IMG/VR virus record: IMGVR_UViG_3300022719_000284
Location: 154,827-210,369 of that record
Length of the DNA stretch: 55,543 nt
Strand: one strand, 5' to 3'
Source of the DNA: a virus
Taxonomy: Duplodnaviria > Heunggongvirae > Uroviricota > Caudoviricetes
Position 1 is the first letter of the stretch. Every line of letters begins with the position of its first letter. A program made the translations under genes and the position numbers. Shown piece by piece: positions 41,648-50,048 of the stretch. The notes beneath the pieces were generated by a model. That model was not told the DNA's origin and did not search any database. It was given only the letters and a program-made list of their open reading frames with translations.

Positions 41648-43882
41648 TCAGCCTTTGATACACAAGATCTGCTTCAGTGTGTGCTTGATATCCACCAAAG
41701 ACGCCTGCGCTGCCATAACAGCGTCGATATCCTTGTAAGCTCTCGGAGTCTCGTCAATGACGCCTTCATCCTTGCGACACTCGACGCCGGACGTAGCCTC
41801 GATATGGTCATCCAAAGTGAACGTCTTCTTAGCTTTCGAACGGCTCATAACACGACCAGCGCCGTGGCTACACGAATGAAAGCTCTCCGGGTTACCCTTA
41901 CCTTCAACAATGAAGGACTTAGCGCCCATTGAGCCTGGAATAATTGACATTACCCCCTTTCGGGCACACACTGCCCCCTTTCTAGTGAGCCACACATTTT
42001 CTCCATAGTGAGACTCTTTACGAGTAAAATTATGATGTACATTAACTGCTATATCATGCGTCATGAGCTTTTTATGTGGAACTCCGCCTTCCCTATTCAA
42101 GGCTTCGAATACGTTCTCCACCATTAGGTTACGGTTATAGAATGCAAAATTTCCAGCCCATTCCATAGCCTCAATGTAATCATTGAAATATTCCGTTCCT
42201 TCTGGGAAGTAAGCCAAATCCTTATCTGGAAGATTGATAAAATACTTTCTCATATCCTCCTTCGCAAGCTCAGTGAAATATCTTCCAATAGAGTTACCGG
42301 GGCCACGGCTACCCGAATGAAGCATTAACCATACACGATCCGTCTCGTCCAAGCAAATCTCAATAAAATGATTTCCACTACCCAGTGTGCCAAGCTGGGA
42401 AGCTGCCTTCTTATGTAAAATGAGTGGATGCTTACTATGAATAGTAGCATAGCTCTTTTCTAGCTTGTTCTTCCACAGACGAGCATTGTTCTTCGGAACA
42501 TCATCCTGAGCATACCCTCCCTTATCGTGGGAAGCCCCCTTGACTGCACCTACAGGAATCGCCTTTTCTATGGCGTTACGCCATGGTTTTAGACTCGTAG
42601 GCAGATCGTGAGAAACTAACCCTGTTCTAACAGCAACCATACCGCACGATAAATCTACACCAACAGCAGCAGGAATAATGGCTCCCTTGGTTGGGATAAC
42701 CGACCCAACAGTAGCACCGCGACCATAATGACAATTACCTGTAACAAAGGGGACACCATCCCGGCGAGCCAGGAAGAATGTAGTAGGGCACGATAAACAC
42801 ACCACCGTTCCAGTGTAGGGTACTGTATTTCTCTTAACTTTTCGTGCGTGAAGGCCCGAGCGACAATGAACGAATCTATCAGATGCTATCAGCCCAGTAT
42901 AATGAGATTCCACTTTCCCAGTGAAACCTTCAACGACCCGGGACGTGGTGCTGCTACCAAAACCGTATACAGCAGCTATTGCCGAAAAGAACCCTACTTC
43001 CTCCTTTACAGAGGAATTAAATCGCATACTGCCATTCTTTAGGAAAATTTCGTAATCCCCGTTCACCTGAACAGATTCCAATAAAAAAGCTTCGGCCTTC
43101 TTTTTTCCCATACCCAATAGGTACCAAGGATAAGTCTTAGACTCACCCACTATATCCAAATATTTAGAACTGCTTTTGGTATTAATGTAAATCTCTGTTT
43201 GCTTGAAGGATACAAATTCACTATATTCAAGATCTAATCTTGAAAGTAGTTCCTTCAACCTAAGAATTTTTCTTTCCTTCTTGAAACCAAATCTAATCCT
43301 ACGATTAGTGCTTTTAGCGTTGTGCGTTGTTTTTATGTTTCCATCGCCTACAATCCAAGCCAACAAACAAATTTCATCTACACTGAGATCTTGTGAAGGT
43401 CCCCACTCTTCTTTAATTCCGACACAAAACCACATGTAATCCATCAACATGGAAGTTTCTGGTAGGTTTTTAGCCAAATCTCCAGGATTATTCATCCACC
43501 CCATACGATGATTTTCAGTTACAATTATTTCTCGCTTCTGGGAAGAAGAAAATCCATATTCAAAAGAATAAACCTTCTCACCAGGGCGAAGGTGTCGTTC
43601 TACAACGCCTGATACCGGCAAGAACTCCATTTCTTTCGTGAGAGGATAGACATTTGCAACAAGATCTCCAACCCTCAAATCCGAAATTAAACGCCATCCA
43701 GAAGGTGTCAAAGCTTCTGTATCGGAGGACAAGCAATCTGGCATCACGGCAATATGCTTGTGAATAAACGGTAAAGAAGCAACGTTCTTTAGCTGAGTCA
43801 AAGCCTCTGACTCAACCTGAACGCCCTTTGTCCACGCCTTGATAGGGACACTCGATCCCTGATATACGTTGTAATCACTCAT
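41648..43882 (-). CDS. rtcB: RtcB RNA ligase with one intein (spliced about 410 aa)
   Basis: MPD|CHYGRG, VGVDLSCG, LGTLGSGNHFIE, HSGSRG, HHNF, IPGSMG and SCSHGAGR motifs. Confidence 0.95.
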   Translation of the reverse strand: MSDYNVYQGSSVPIKAWTKGVQVESEALTQLKNVASLPFIHKHIAVMPDCLSSDTEALTPSGWRLISDLRVGDLVANVYPLTKEMEFLPVSGVVERHLRPGEKVYSFEYGFSSSQKREIIVTENHRMGWMNNPGDLAKNLPETSMLMDYMWFCVGIKEEWGPSQDLSVDEICLLAWIVGDGNIKTTHNAKSTNRRIRFGFKKERKILRLKELLSRLDLEYSEFVSFKQTEIYINTKSSSKYLDIVGESKTYPWYLLGMGKKKAEAFLLESVQVNGDYEIFLKNGSMRFNSSVKEEVGFFSAIAAVYGFGSSTTSRVVEGFTGKVESHYTGLIASDRFVHCRSGLHARKVKRNTVPYTGTVVCLSCPTTFFLARRDGVPFVTGNCHYGRGATVGSVIPTKGAIIPAAVGVDLSCGMVAVRTGLVSHDLPTSLKPWRNAIEKAIPVGAVKGASHDKGGYAQDDVPKNNARLWKNKLEKSYATIHSKHPLILHKKAASQLGTLGSGNHFIEICLDETDRVWLMLHSGSRGPGNSIGRYFTELAKEDMRKYFINLPDKDLAYFPEGTEYFNDYIEAMEWAGNFAFYNRNLMVENVFEALNREGGVPHKKLMTHDIAVNVHHNFTRKESHYGENVWLTRKGAVCARKGVMSIIPGSMGAKSFIVEGKGNPESFHSCSHGAGRVMSRSKAKKTFTLDDHIEATSGVECRKDEGVIDETPRAYKDIDAVMAAQASLVDIKHTLKQILCIKG
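42734..43735 (-). mobile_element. Intein in RtcB (334 aa, LAGLIDADG-like)
   Basis: CLSSDT...FVTGN/C; LLAWIVGDG motif. Confidence 0.9.
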
Positions 43883-43892
43883 TTCCTATTCC

Positions 43893-43919
43893 TTGTCGGA
43901 AGATCCCTTCGAAACTTTA
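43893..43919 (-). promoter_or_regulatory. sigma28-type promoter upstream of rtcB
   Basis: TAAAGTTT-N11-TCCGACAA. Confidence 0.65.
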
Positions 43920-43927
43920 GGATATTC

Positions 43928-44116
43928 TCATACCATTCTCTCAAGATCGAAAACCATGTATTCAGCCATTACGGCTGACCATTCAATATGCTTCTTCTCA
44001 ATCGAGGCTATATCGAAATGCTCTATAGTTATCTGAATGGCTTCTTCCGTCATAGTCCTACCGTAACTTCTAGCACAGCGATGTACGTTCGAAAGAACCT
44101 TATACAAAATCTTCAT
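43928..44116 (-). CDS. Hypothetical protein
   Basis: ORF track. Confidence 0.5.
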   Translation of the reverse strand: MKILYKVLSNVHRCARSYGRTMTEEAIQITIEHFDIASIEKKHIEWSAVMAEYMVFDLERMV

Positions 44117-44132
44117 TCTCTTATCTCTTTGC

Positions 44133-44585
44133 TCATAACTTACCTATACGTCTCTGGGCCAGAATAGCTTTTCTTCTTCTAGGAACTGGCCTAGTCCTGT
44201 ACTTAAACTCACTAAGGGATATTTGCTCACCGTTTAGGTGCCATTCTTTAGTTCCGTCCGCCCACTCAACAGCAGGACCATCTTCACGGTGACGTTTACC
44301 GTTTAGGTACCACATTTTAGAGCCGTCCGCCCACTCAACAGCAGGACCGTCTTCACGGTGAAATTTACCGTTTAGGTACCACATTTTAGAGCCGTCCGCC
44401 CACTCAACAGCAGGACCATCTTCACGGTGACGTTTACCGTTTAGGTACCATTCTTTAGAACCGTTCGCACACTCAACAGCAGGACCATCTTCACGGTGAA
44501 GTTTACCGTTTAGGTACCATGCTTTAGAGCCGTCCTTCGAAACTATTAGTTTGGGATCTGATTCTTCCTCTTCGTTTTCGAACAT
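44133..44585 (-). CDS. 23-aa repeat protein (K.WYLNGK.HREDGPAVE; MORN-variant/YwqK-like)
   Basis: Four full repeats plus a partial. Confidence 0.85.
   Translation of the reverse strand: MFENEEEESDPKLIVSKDGSKAWYLNGKLHREDGPAVECANGSKEWYLNGKRHREDGPAVEWADGSKMWYLNGKFHREDGPAVEWADGSKMWYLNGKRHREDGPAVEWADGTKEWHLNGEQISLSEFKYRTRPVPRRRKAILAQRRIGKL
44230..44537. repeat. 69-bp tandem repeat (about 4.5 copies), coding
   Basis: gtttaccgtttaggtacca...ccactcaacagcaggaccatcttcacggtga repeated. Confidence 0.9.
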
Positions 44586-44586
44586 T

Positions 44587-45363
44587 CTATACTTCTACCT
44601 GAAAAAACGGGTCATAGTTTCGGTTTTCAGCCACATCACCATAACCTCTGGGGTTCATGCGAACCTTGCATCCATTTACCTCGTATTCCACAGTGGAATG
44701 GGTATGCCCATGAAACCAATAATCTATATTATAGAAATTCATTAAATACTCAAGATTAGAGTAAAATGCCACATTTAGTAGCTCAGATGAGTTCCCAAGA
44801 TATCTAGGATGAGCACTTTTGTAGCTAGGTCCATGATGGGTAGCGATCACATTTGGACCATCAAATTTATCTTCTAAGGATGATTCTATAAATCTAACAG
44901 ATTTTTCATGTCTGTCAATGGTATCTTCTACTTTCAAACCATAGCCATTGTTCTTAATGTAGTCGTAATCTCTCATAGCTCTTCGCACAAGCTGAATGTC
45001 TATAGGATTTCTATTATTAACGTCAGTCCAAAGAGTTGATCCAATAAACCTTACCCCGTGCAAAACAACACTACTGTCGTCTAAAAGACTAATATTTGAA
45101 AAACTATCAAGTTTTTCACGAACTAGGTCAGCCACCTCCGCCATATCATAACCGTAAAATTCATGATTCCCAAGAACATAAATTACGTGACAAAATCTAT
45201 CTCCCATTCTTGGGAGAAAATCATCACATGCTTTAGACCCTACATGAATATCCCCAGGCACTACTAGAACGGTATCTATATCAGAAGAGGTGGAAGGAAT
45301 CATTTTTTCATAATTATCTCGCCCAAACTCCAGATGTAAATCTGAAGCTAACCTAACTAACAT
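44587..45363 (-). CDS. Calcineurin-like metallophosphoesterase
   Basis: SDLH, GDI, GNHE, HHGP and HGHTH motifs. Confidence 0.9.
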   Translation of the reverse strand: MLVRLASDLHLEFGRDNYEKMIPSTSSDIDTVLVVPGDIHVGSKACDDFLPRMGDRFCHVIYVLGNHEFYGYDMAEVADLVREKLDSFSNISLLDDSSVVLHGVRFIGSTLWTDVNNRNPIDIQLVRRAMRDYDYIKNNGYGLKVEDTIDRHEKSVRFIESSLEDKFDGPNVIATHHGPSYKSAHPRYLGNSSELLNVAFYSNLEYLMNFYNIDYWFHGHTHSTVEYEVNGCKVRMNPRGYGDVAENRNYDPFFQVEV

Positions 45364-45701
45364 GGGATCCCCCTTCTCGCCTTCTGCTCTTCAATAGCAG
45401 CCCTTCTAGTGTTGCTTCTATCTACCGCGTCAACTGATTCTTTTTCAATGATGCCAGCTCTTAGGGCGCAGGCAATGTGAAATCTATCCTTCGTAAAAGG
45501 AAATGATGCTTCATCTGTGCAATCTACGTATACTTCATCGTATTCAATTTTCCCGATGGAACAGAAATAAGACCCGCAATCGTGAGTCATTCTAGATCTT
45601 CTGGCAAAAACTAAGAAGTTATCTCTGCTCTGATAATTTTCAGACACACGATACCCACGTCTTTTTAGCTGGTCTACTTTAGGCGCACGAGAACTTTGCA
45701 T
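45357..45701 (-). CDS. Hypothetical protein
   Basis: ORF track. Confidence 0.55.
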   Translation of the reverse strand: MQSSRAPKVDQLKRRGYRVSENYQSRDNFLVFARRSRMTHDCGSYFCSIGKIEYDEVYVDCTDEASFPFTKDRFHIACALRAGIIEKESVDAVDRSNTRRAAIEEQKARRGIPC

Positions 45702-45731
45702 TACAGAACCCCCTAAAACAAGTTACTAAAT

Positions 45732-45759
45732 GTATCGTCACCAAAGAAGTGAAACTTTA
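45732..45759 (-). promoter_or_regulatory. sigma28-type promoter
   Basis: TAAAGTTT-N12-GACGATAC. Confidence 0.55.
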
Positions 45760-45924
45760 GTCTAGAAAATATTCAATAAAGTCAGCAGGAGGTAAAAAAG
45801 TTGTAACTAAGGCTCTATTGGCATTAAAAACTACCAATACTACTACACAGAACCATAAATTCTGTACATAGCTCCCAATCGTGTATACCGAACAAACACC
45901 TCCAACTCCATCTTCTCTCCCTAG

Positions 45925-46989
45925 TCATGGTGACTTCCTAGATTTGTGCCTACAGAGAACAACTAGTCCAATAATAGAATAATATAGGCCCAAAAGAGGA
46001 GCAGGCTCAGGAACTTTCACAGTCGCTTCCACTGGGTAGTGGTCTGAGCTGTACCGTACATCGCTAGACCCTTCTCCATTGTCTTCAATCACCAAAAATC
46101 TATAAATGCTTGACGACATAACGTCTACATCAGGGTGATCTCGAAAGAAAAGGTAATCTATTTTATCAGAAGAAGTCTGAGATATAATGGAAGATATAAT
46201 TTGATGAAACCCATTCCAAGTTCCCTGGAACTCGGAATCAGGATTAAAATCTCGAAAAGAATCTATGAAATTTTGATCCTTTACATCTAGAACTTCTACG
46301 GAGTCTTCACTGTTGTTAAAGTCACCAGCAACAAAAGTGGGTAAAGATGGATAAGTTTGAGAATTAATTCTATCTATCAAGAAATCAACATGTAATTCCC
46401 TAACAGATTGCTGAGAAGGGCATAAATGTACATTATACACATAAAAACGTTCACCAGTACCTTTTTCCTCAAATAAAACTCTGCTAACATACCTGAAAAA
46501 ATTGAATGTAACTTGTTGAACTGTAATCTGACAAATTATAGGAAAACCAAAATCAGTTACAATAGCTGTATCGCTAGATACAACATCAAATCTATCAGGG
46601 CGATATATGATTTCCTCGTTATGTATATCGGGACTAGACAGTGGGACTCTAGTAAAATCACTGAAATTATACAGAATATCGTTAAGAATAGTATCAACAT
46701 CTGGATTTTCTGGATCGTAAAGACTTCCACTAGTATCGTGTGGGGTTTCTTGAAACGCTACTATATCGGGCTTATAATCTTCCAATGTCTGAAACAGCAA
46801 ATCTCTACGAAGAGAGTAATGATGAAGACCGCTTCCTCCCATAAAAGCATTAAAGCTCATTATTCTCATTTCATTTTGACCAACAGCTAAATAAGATAAA
46901 TTTGGCTCTGGGTTGAATACGGGGGATTGGGCGTTAGTAATATTAACAAAACAAAATAATGCAATAAAAACAACGCAAAAAAATCTCAT
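45925..46989 (-). CDS. Secreted EEP-family endonuclease/exonuclease/phosphatase with PEP-CTERM anchor
   Basis: AAGGAG RBS plus signal peptide MRFFCVVFIALFCF; SFNA, FQE, NVHL, AGDFN, IDY, SDHYPV; VPEP-TM-basic tail. Confidence 0.88.
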   Translation of the reverse strand: MRFFCVVFIALFCFVNITNAQSPVFNPEPNLSYLAVGQNEMRIMSFNAFMGGSGLHHYSLRRDLLFQTLEDYKPDIVAFQETPHDTSGSLYDPENPDVDTILNDILYNFSDFTRVPLSSPDIHNEEIIYRPDRFDVVSSDTAIVTDFGFPIICQITVQQVTFNFFRYVSRVLFEEKGTGERFYVYNVHLCPSQQSVRELHVDFLIDRINSQTYPSLPTFVAGDFNNSEDSVEVLDVKDQNFIDSFRDFNPDSEFQGTWNGFHQIISSIISQTSSDKIDYLFFRDHPDVDVMSSSIYRFLVIEDNGEGSSDVRYSSDHYPVEATVKVPEPAPLLGLYYSIIGLVVLCRHKSRKSP

Positions 46990-47038
46990 TTCAACTCCTT
47001 TACATAATTTGGCTTCCGCATCCAGACACGGAAATAAA

Positions 47039-47113
47039 TGGTCGAGCTGGTCGGAATCGAACCGACGTGATCTTCGCCCCAAACGAAGTGGGTGGCCTCT
47101 ACCCTACAGCTCG
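47039..47113 (-). tRNA. tRNA-Pro(UGG) #1, CCA encoded
   Basis: Anticodon arm CUUCG-UUUGGGG-CGAAG; T-loop UUCGAUU. Confidence 0.85.
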
Positions 47114-47123
47114 TTTAATCTTC

Positions 47124-47199
47124 CCGGAAGAGGAGGGAATCGAACCCCCGACCCTTCGCCCCCAAAGCGAATACTCTAGCCAAGCTGAGCTACATCCCG
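47124..47199 (-). tRNA. tRNA-Pro(UGG) #2, no encoded CCA, imperfect acceptor stem
   Basis: UUCGC-UUUGGGG-GCGAA; standard D and T arms. Confidence 0.75.
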
Positions 47200-47216
47200 A
47201 TAATAAATTCGCGTTG

Positions 47217-47474
47217 CTATTCCTCAGTTATGTCACTCATAAAATCTTCGTCACAAGGGTCTTCTGGGGAATACTCATAAGGCGCACCATGCCAAAAATA
47301 GTAATCGTCTACTAAGCGAACATGGTAGACACGAAACTTGCTACCTTCCTTCTCTACAATCGAGCCTTCTCGAACCGGGGCAGAAGACATCCCCTGCTCT
47401 ACACTAATACCTTTCTTAGTGATAGCTTCCGTTTTCTGCAACCAGTCCAAACGATCTTGACTTATTTCATCCAT
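47217..47474 (-). CDS. Hypothetical protein
   Basis: ORF track. Confidence 0.55.
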   Translation of the reverse strand: MDEISQDRLDWLQKTEAITKKGISVEQGMSSAPVREGSIVEKEGSKFRVYHVRLVDDYYFWHGAPYEYSPEDPCDEDFMSDITEE

Positions 47475-47803
47475 CTACTACTACTTCCTCTTCTCTTGGC
47501 TCTTTCCATATTCCCTTTAGCTGTATTAGCACTTTTAGTGAGCCATTGACAATTACTGGGTTTATAGTCCTTATCGGGGTTCTTCCTATCCAAAGTCATC
47601 CCTAATTTCCAATCATCCCCCATGTCTTTGCGAAAGTTCTCAAATCTATCCCACCTTTTACAGATTTTTATCCCTCGACCGCCATAGTGGTGAAATCTCT
47701 TGTTCCTAGGGTTGTAACATCTATGCCTCATATCCTTCCATGTTTTATATAACCCATGAAGTTCATGATCGGGGTTTGATAATCCATGTTTAGTAATAGG
47801 CAT
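47462..47803 (-). CDS. HNH-family homing endonuclease
   Basis: W..M..RC.NP....YGGRGI.IC.RW..FE.F..DM...TLDR.N....Y.P.NC.W motif. Confidence 0.85.
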   Translation of the reverse strand: MPITKHGLSNPDHELHGLYKTWKDMRHRCYNPRNKRFHHYGGRGIKICKRWDRFENFRKDMGDDWKLGMTLDRKNPDKDYKPSNCQWLTKSANTAKGNMERAKRRGSSSRWMK

Positions 47804-47850
47804 AATAAATGACGAAGAGTGGGTGACAGATTGCCCTTTAGTGTTCTTCC

Positions 47851-47913
47851 CCGGAAGAGGGAGGATTCAAACCTCCTCTGAACTCTCGCCCAGGCTACCG
47901 TTTTCGAAACGGA
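47851..47913 (-). pseudogene. 3' two-thirds fragment of tRNA-Ser(CGA)
   Basis: Near-identical to the 3' part of the tRNA-Ser(CGA) at 48205-48292; lacks the 5' acceptor strand and D arm. Confidence 0.8.
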
Positions 47914-47921
47914 GGTAAATA

Positions 47922-48010
47922 TGGCGGAAGATATAGGATTCGAACCTATGTGGGGTTTTACCCCGCATCCCTTTCCAAGGGAGCCCGTTTGGCCTCTCCG
48001 GCAATCTTCC
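47922..48010 (-). tRNA. tRNA-Ser(GGA)
   Basis: Long variable arm, anticodon GGA, G73-CCA. Confidence 0.92.
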
Positions 48011-48204
48011 TTAGTTTAGTCCTCTTTAATCACAACCTCGTCAATAACAACGCCCTCTTCGGACAGCGATTTTTGCCGTCGTTTATCGGATCAGGTCCGA
48101 TCAGGAAACTTGCCTCCTCGTTGCACTCGTCGCACATAAAGTCTCCCTCGTGTGCTATGAGGTTAATGTCAGGCACCGTCTGCATGGTTACCCTCTAGTC
48201 TACC

Positions 48205-48292
48205 CGGAAGGTGGAGGATTCAAACCCCCGCTGGACTCTCGCCCAGGCTACCGTTTTCGAAACGGACACATTAATCGCTCTGTCAACCTTCC
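48205..48292 (-). tRNA. tRNA-Ser(CGA), no encoded CCA, T-loop UUUGAAU
   Basis: Long variable arm; UCCGU-UUCGAAA-ACGGU. Confidence 0.85.
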
Positions 48293-48301
48293 AGGGTTAT
48301 A

Positions 48302-48391
48302 TGGCGGAAAAGGAAGGAGTCGAACCCTCGCTGAACTTTCATTCAGATCTCTGTTTTCAAAACAGGTGCATTACCACTCTGCCACTTTTCC
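48302..48391 (-). tRNA. tRNA-Ser(UGA)
   Basis: Long variable arm, anticodon UGA, GCCA end. Confidence 0.92.
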
Positions 48392-48502
48392 TTTACAGTG
48401 TAAGAAACGGCTGCTTTGCTTATCCCATATTTTTCTCGCAATTTCTTATTGGTAAACCCCTTAAATTGCAGTAGTCTAAGTTCTTGTGCTTCCTCAGTGT
48501 AG

Positions 48503-48579
48503 TGGATGGGGAACTGGGACTCGAACCCAGAACCACCGGTTTCAAAGACCGGTGCTCTAACCAATTGAGCTATTCCCCA
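48503..48579 (-). tRNA. tRNA-Gln(UUG)
   Basis: CCGGU-CUUUGAA-ACCGG; U1-A72; U73. Confidence 0.9.
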
Positions 48580-48584
48580 ATACG

Positions 48585-48674
48585 TGGCGGAAGAGGTGAG
48601 ACTCGAACTCACACACAGCGCAAGCTGTGAAAGCCTTAGCAGGGCTCTCCAGTACCAATTATGGTTACTCTTCC
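48585..48674 (-). tRNA. tRNA-Ser(GCU)
   Basis: Long variable arm, anticodon GCU. Confidence 0.92.
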
Positions 48675-48801
48675 GTAGCGGAAAGAAGCATATCCCCCGC
48701 CATGTATTTACCGGCCCCCGACACAAGTGGCTAAAATGAACACAGGCTCAAATTAGGGTAATTCTAAGACGGGATTCTAACCCGTATACCACCGGATATA
48801 T

Positions 48802-48877
48802 TGGTGAACCCCCAGGGAATCGAACCCTGAACCTACGGATTAAGAGTCCGTTGCTCTACCTATTGAGCTAGAGGTCC
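48802..48877 (-). tRNA. tRNA-Lys(CUU) copy A
   Basis: ACGGA-CUCUUAA-UCCGU. Confidence 0.93.
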
Positions 48878-48882
48878 GTATG

Positions 48883-48958
48883 TGGTGAGCCGCCTCGGAT
48901 TCGAACCGAGAACCTAGAGGTTAAAAGCCTCTTGCACTACCAATTGTGCTAACGGCCC
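48883..48958 (-). tRNA. tRNA-Lys(UUU)
   Basis: AGAGG-CUUUUAA-CCUCU. Confidence 0.93.
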
Positions 48959-48991
48959 ATTTCTCTACACCCCGTATATTCTCTCCTTTTC

Positions 48992-49018
48992 CTATCGGCT
49001 AAAATGCCTCAATCTTTA
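48992..49018 (-). promoter_or_regulatory. sigma28-type promoter internal to the tRNA array
   Basis: TAAAGATT-N11-GCCGATAG, close to the FliA consensus. Confidence 0.7.
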
Positions 49019-49025
49019 GCCTAAA

Positions 49026-49102
49026 TGGAAGCCGGAACGAGAGTCGAACTCGTAATCGCCTGATTCAGAGTCAGGTGCATTACCCAATTATGCTATCCGG
49101 CT
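49026..49102 (-). tRNA. tRNA-Gln(CUG) copy A
   Basis: CCUGA-CUCUGAA-UCAGG; A1-U72; U73. Confidence 0.92.
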
Positions 49103-49228
49103 ATTATGTCATGCGCCGCCCGGCCCCCGCCAAGTCAATTCTCCTGCCCCTTGCCAGTATCTCCCTGGCTACGCCCGTTCAGGATAACGCGATAAGTTAT
49201 ATGCCTTCCTTCGTACGTCTGTATAAGC

Positions 49229-49390
49229 CTACTCCAGTAATTCTGCATAAACCCCAACAGGGTAATAGCAAAAAGTAATCTTACTAGGATCGTCGCATCC
49301 CAATCGATGCATAACTTCTTTCATAGATTCTCCACCTAGAATCAATTCTCTTTTCACTAAGAAAACAGGATCTTTATATTTTTCTTCCAT
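49229..49390 (-). CDS. 53-aa hypothetical protein (MEEKYKDPVF...), below ORF-track cutoff
   Basis: ATG at 49390 to TAG, translated by hand. Confidence 0.45.
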   Translation of the reverse strand: MEEKYKDPVFLVKRELILGGESMKEVMHRLGCDDPSKITFCYYPVGVYAELLE

Positions 49391-49473
49391 AATACACCAC
49401 TACCCAGTTATGCTTCCTTTGTGTTGTACGGGTTTTCAACCCGTGCCAACATGTTCTACCTCTCCTAAATTTG

Positions 49474-49800
49474 CAGACGAGCTATAAGCGGGATTCTATT
49501 ATCGACAATCATTCATCTTGCTCTGGTGTTACCACCAGAATCTTTGCCCGATACCCGAGGACTCCTGGCACAATCAATGCCCTCTGCTTTCGGTTGCTGC
49601 ACCTGCGCTGTCGCCCGTTTCACCCTTAATACACTAGGCCGCTGTTTCTGCCGCTGTTTAATCCCAGGCTCCAGGGAACCTAGTGTATCAAGATTCGTCT
49701 CTGTTGCCGTCACTCACCTCACGGTGGGAGGGTGTTACCCTCCAGGCTGTGCCATGCAGTCCCGACTTTCTTCTCCTTAGAGCGATTGTCCGCTCGTCTG
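49474..49800 (-). ncRNA. rnpB: RNase P RNA (bacterial type A-like)
   Basis: P1 CAGACGAGC/GCUCGUCUG; CR-I GAAGAAAGUCGGGA; CR-V AUAGAAUCCCGCUUA forming P4; GUGA-capped hairpin; GGUGAAACGG; GUAA-capped P18. Confidence 0.9.
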
Positions 49801-49808
49801 TAATCAAA

Positions 49809-49878
49809 GGGGCCAGGGAGCGCATGCCGCCCTGCGGATTAAAAGTCCGCTGCATTCAGCAGATTTTGCTACCTGCCC
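49809..49878 (-). pseudogene. Degenerate tRNA-Lys(UUU) with non-canonical T arm and no CCA
   Basis: Intact D arm and GCGGA-CUUUUAA-UCCGC, but T-loop replaced by GCAUG. Confidence 0.7.
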
Positions 49879-49883
49879 ATATA

Positions 49884-49960
49884 TGGTCCGGGTGGAGGGA
49901 TTCGAACCCCCGACATCATGCTCCCAAAGCATGCGCGCTACCAAACTGCGCTACACCCGG
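49884..49960 (-). tRNA. tRNA-Pro(UGG) #3
   Basis: CAUGC-UUUGGGA-GCAUG; C1-G72, A73-CCA. Confidence 0.93.
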
Positions 49961-49966
49961 ATATGT

Positions 49967-50042
49967 TGGTGAACCCCCAGGGAATCGAACCCTGAACCTA
50001 CTGGTTAAGAGCCAGTTGCTCTACCTATTGAGCTAGAGGTCC
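49967..50042 (-). tRNA. tRNA-Lys(CUU) copy B
   Basis: ACUGG-CUCUUAA-CCAGU. Confidence 0.93.
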
Positions 50043-50048
50043 AAAATA

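Noticed and set aside
44230-44537. 69-bp repeats as a CRISPR array or DGR template/variable pair
   Set aside because: Repeats are contiguous and in frame with no unique spacers; no cas or reverse transcriptase gene nearby.
45925-47082. ORF-track start at 47082 for the EEP gene
   Set aside because: It overlaps tRNA-Pro; ATG 46989 has an AAGGAG RBS and begins a signal peptide.
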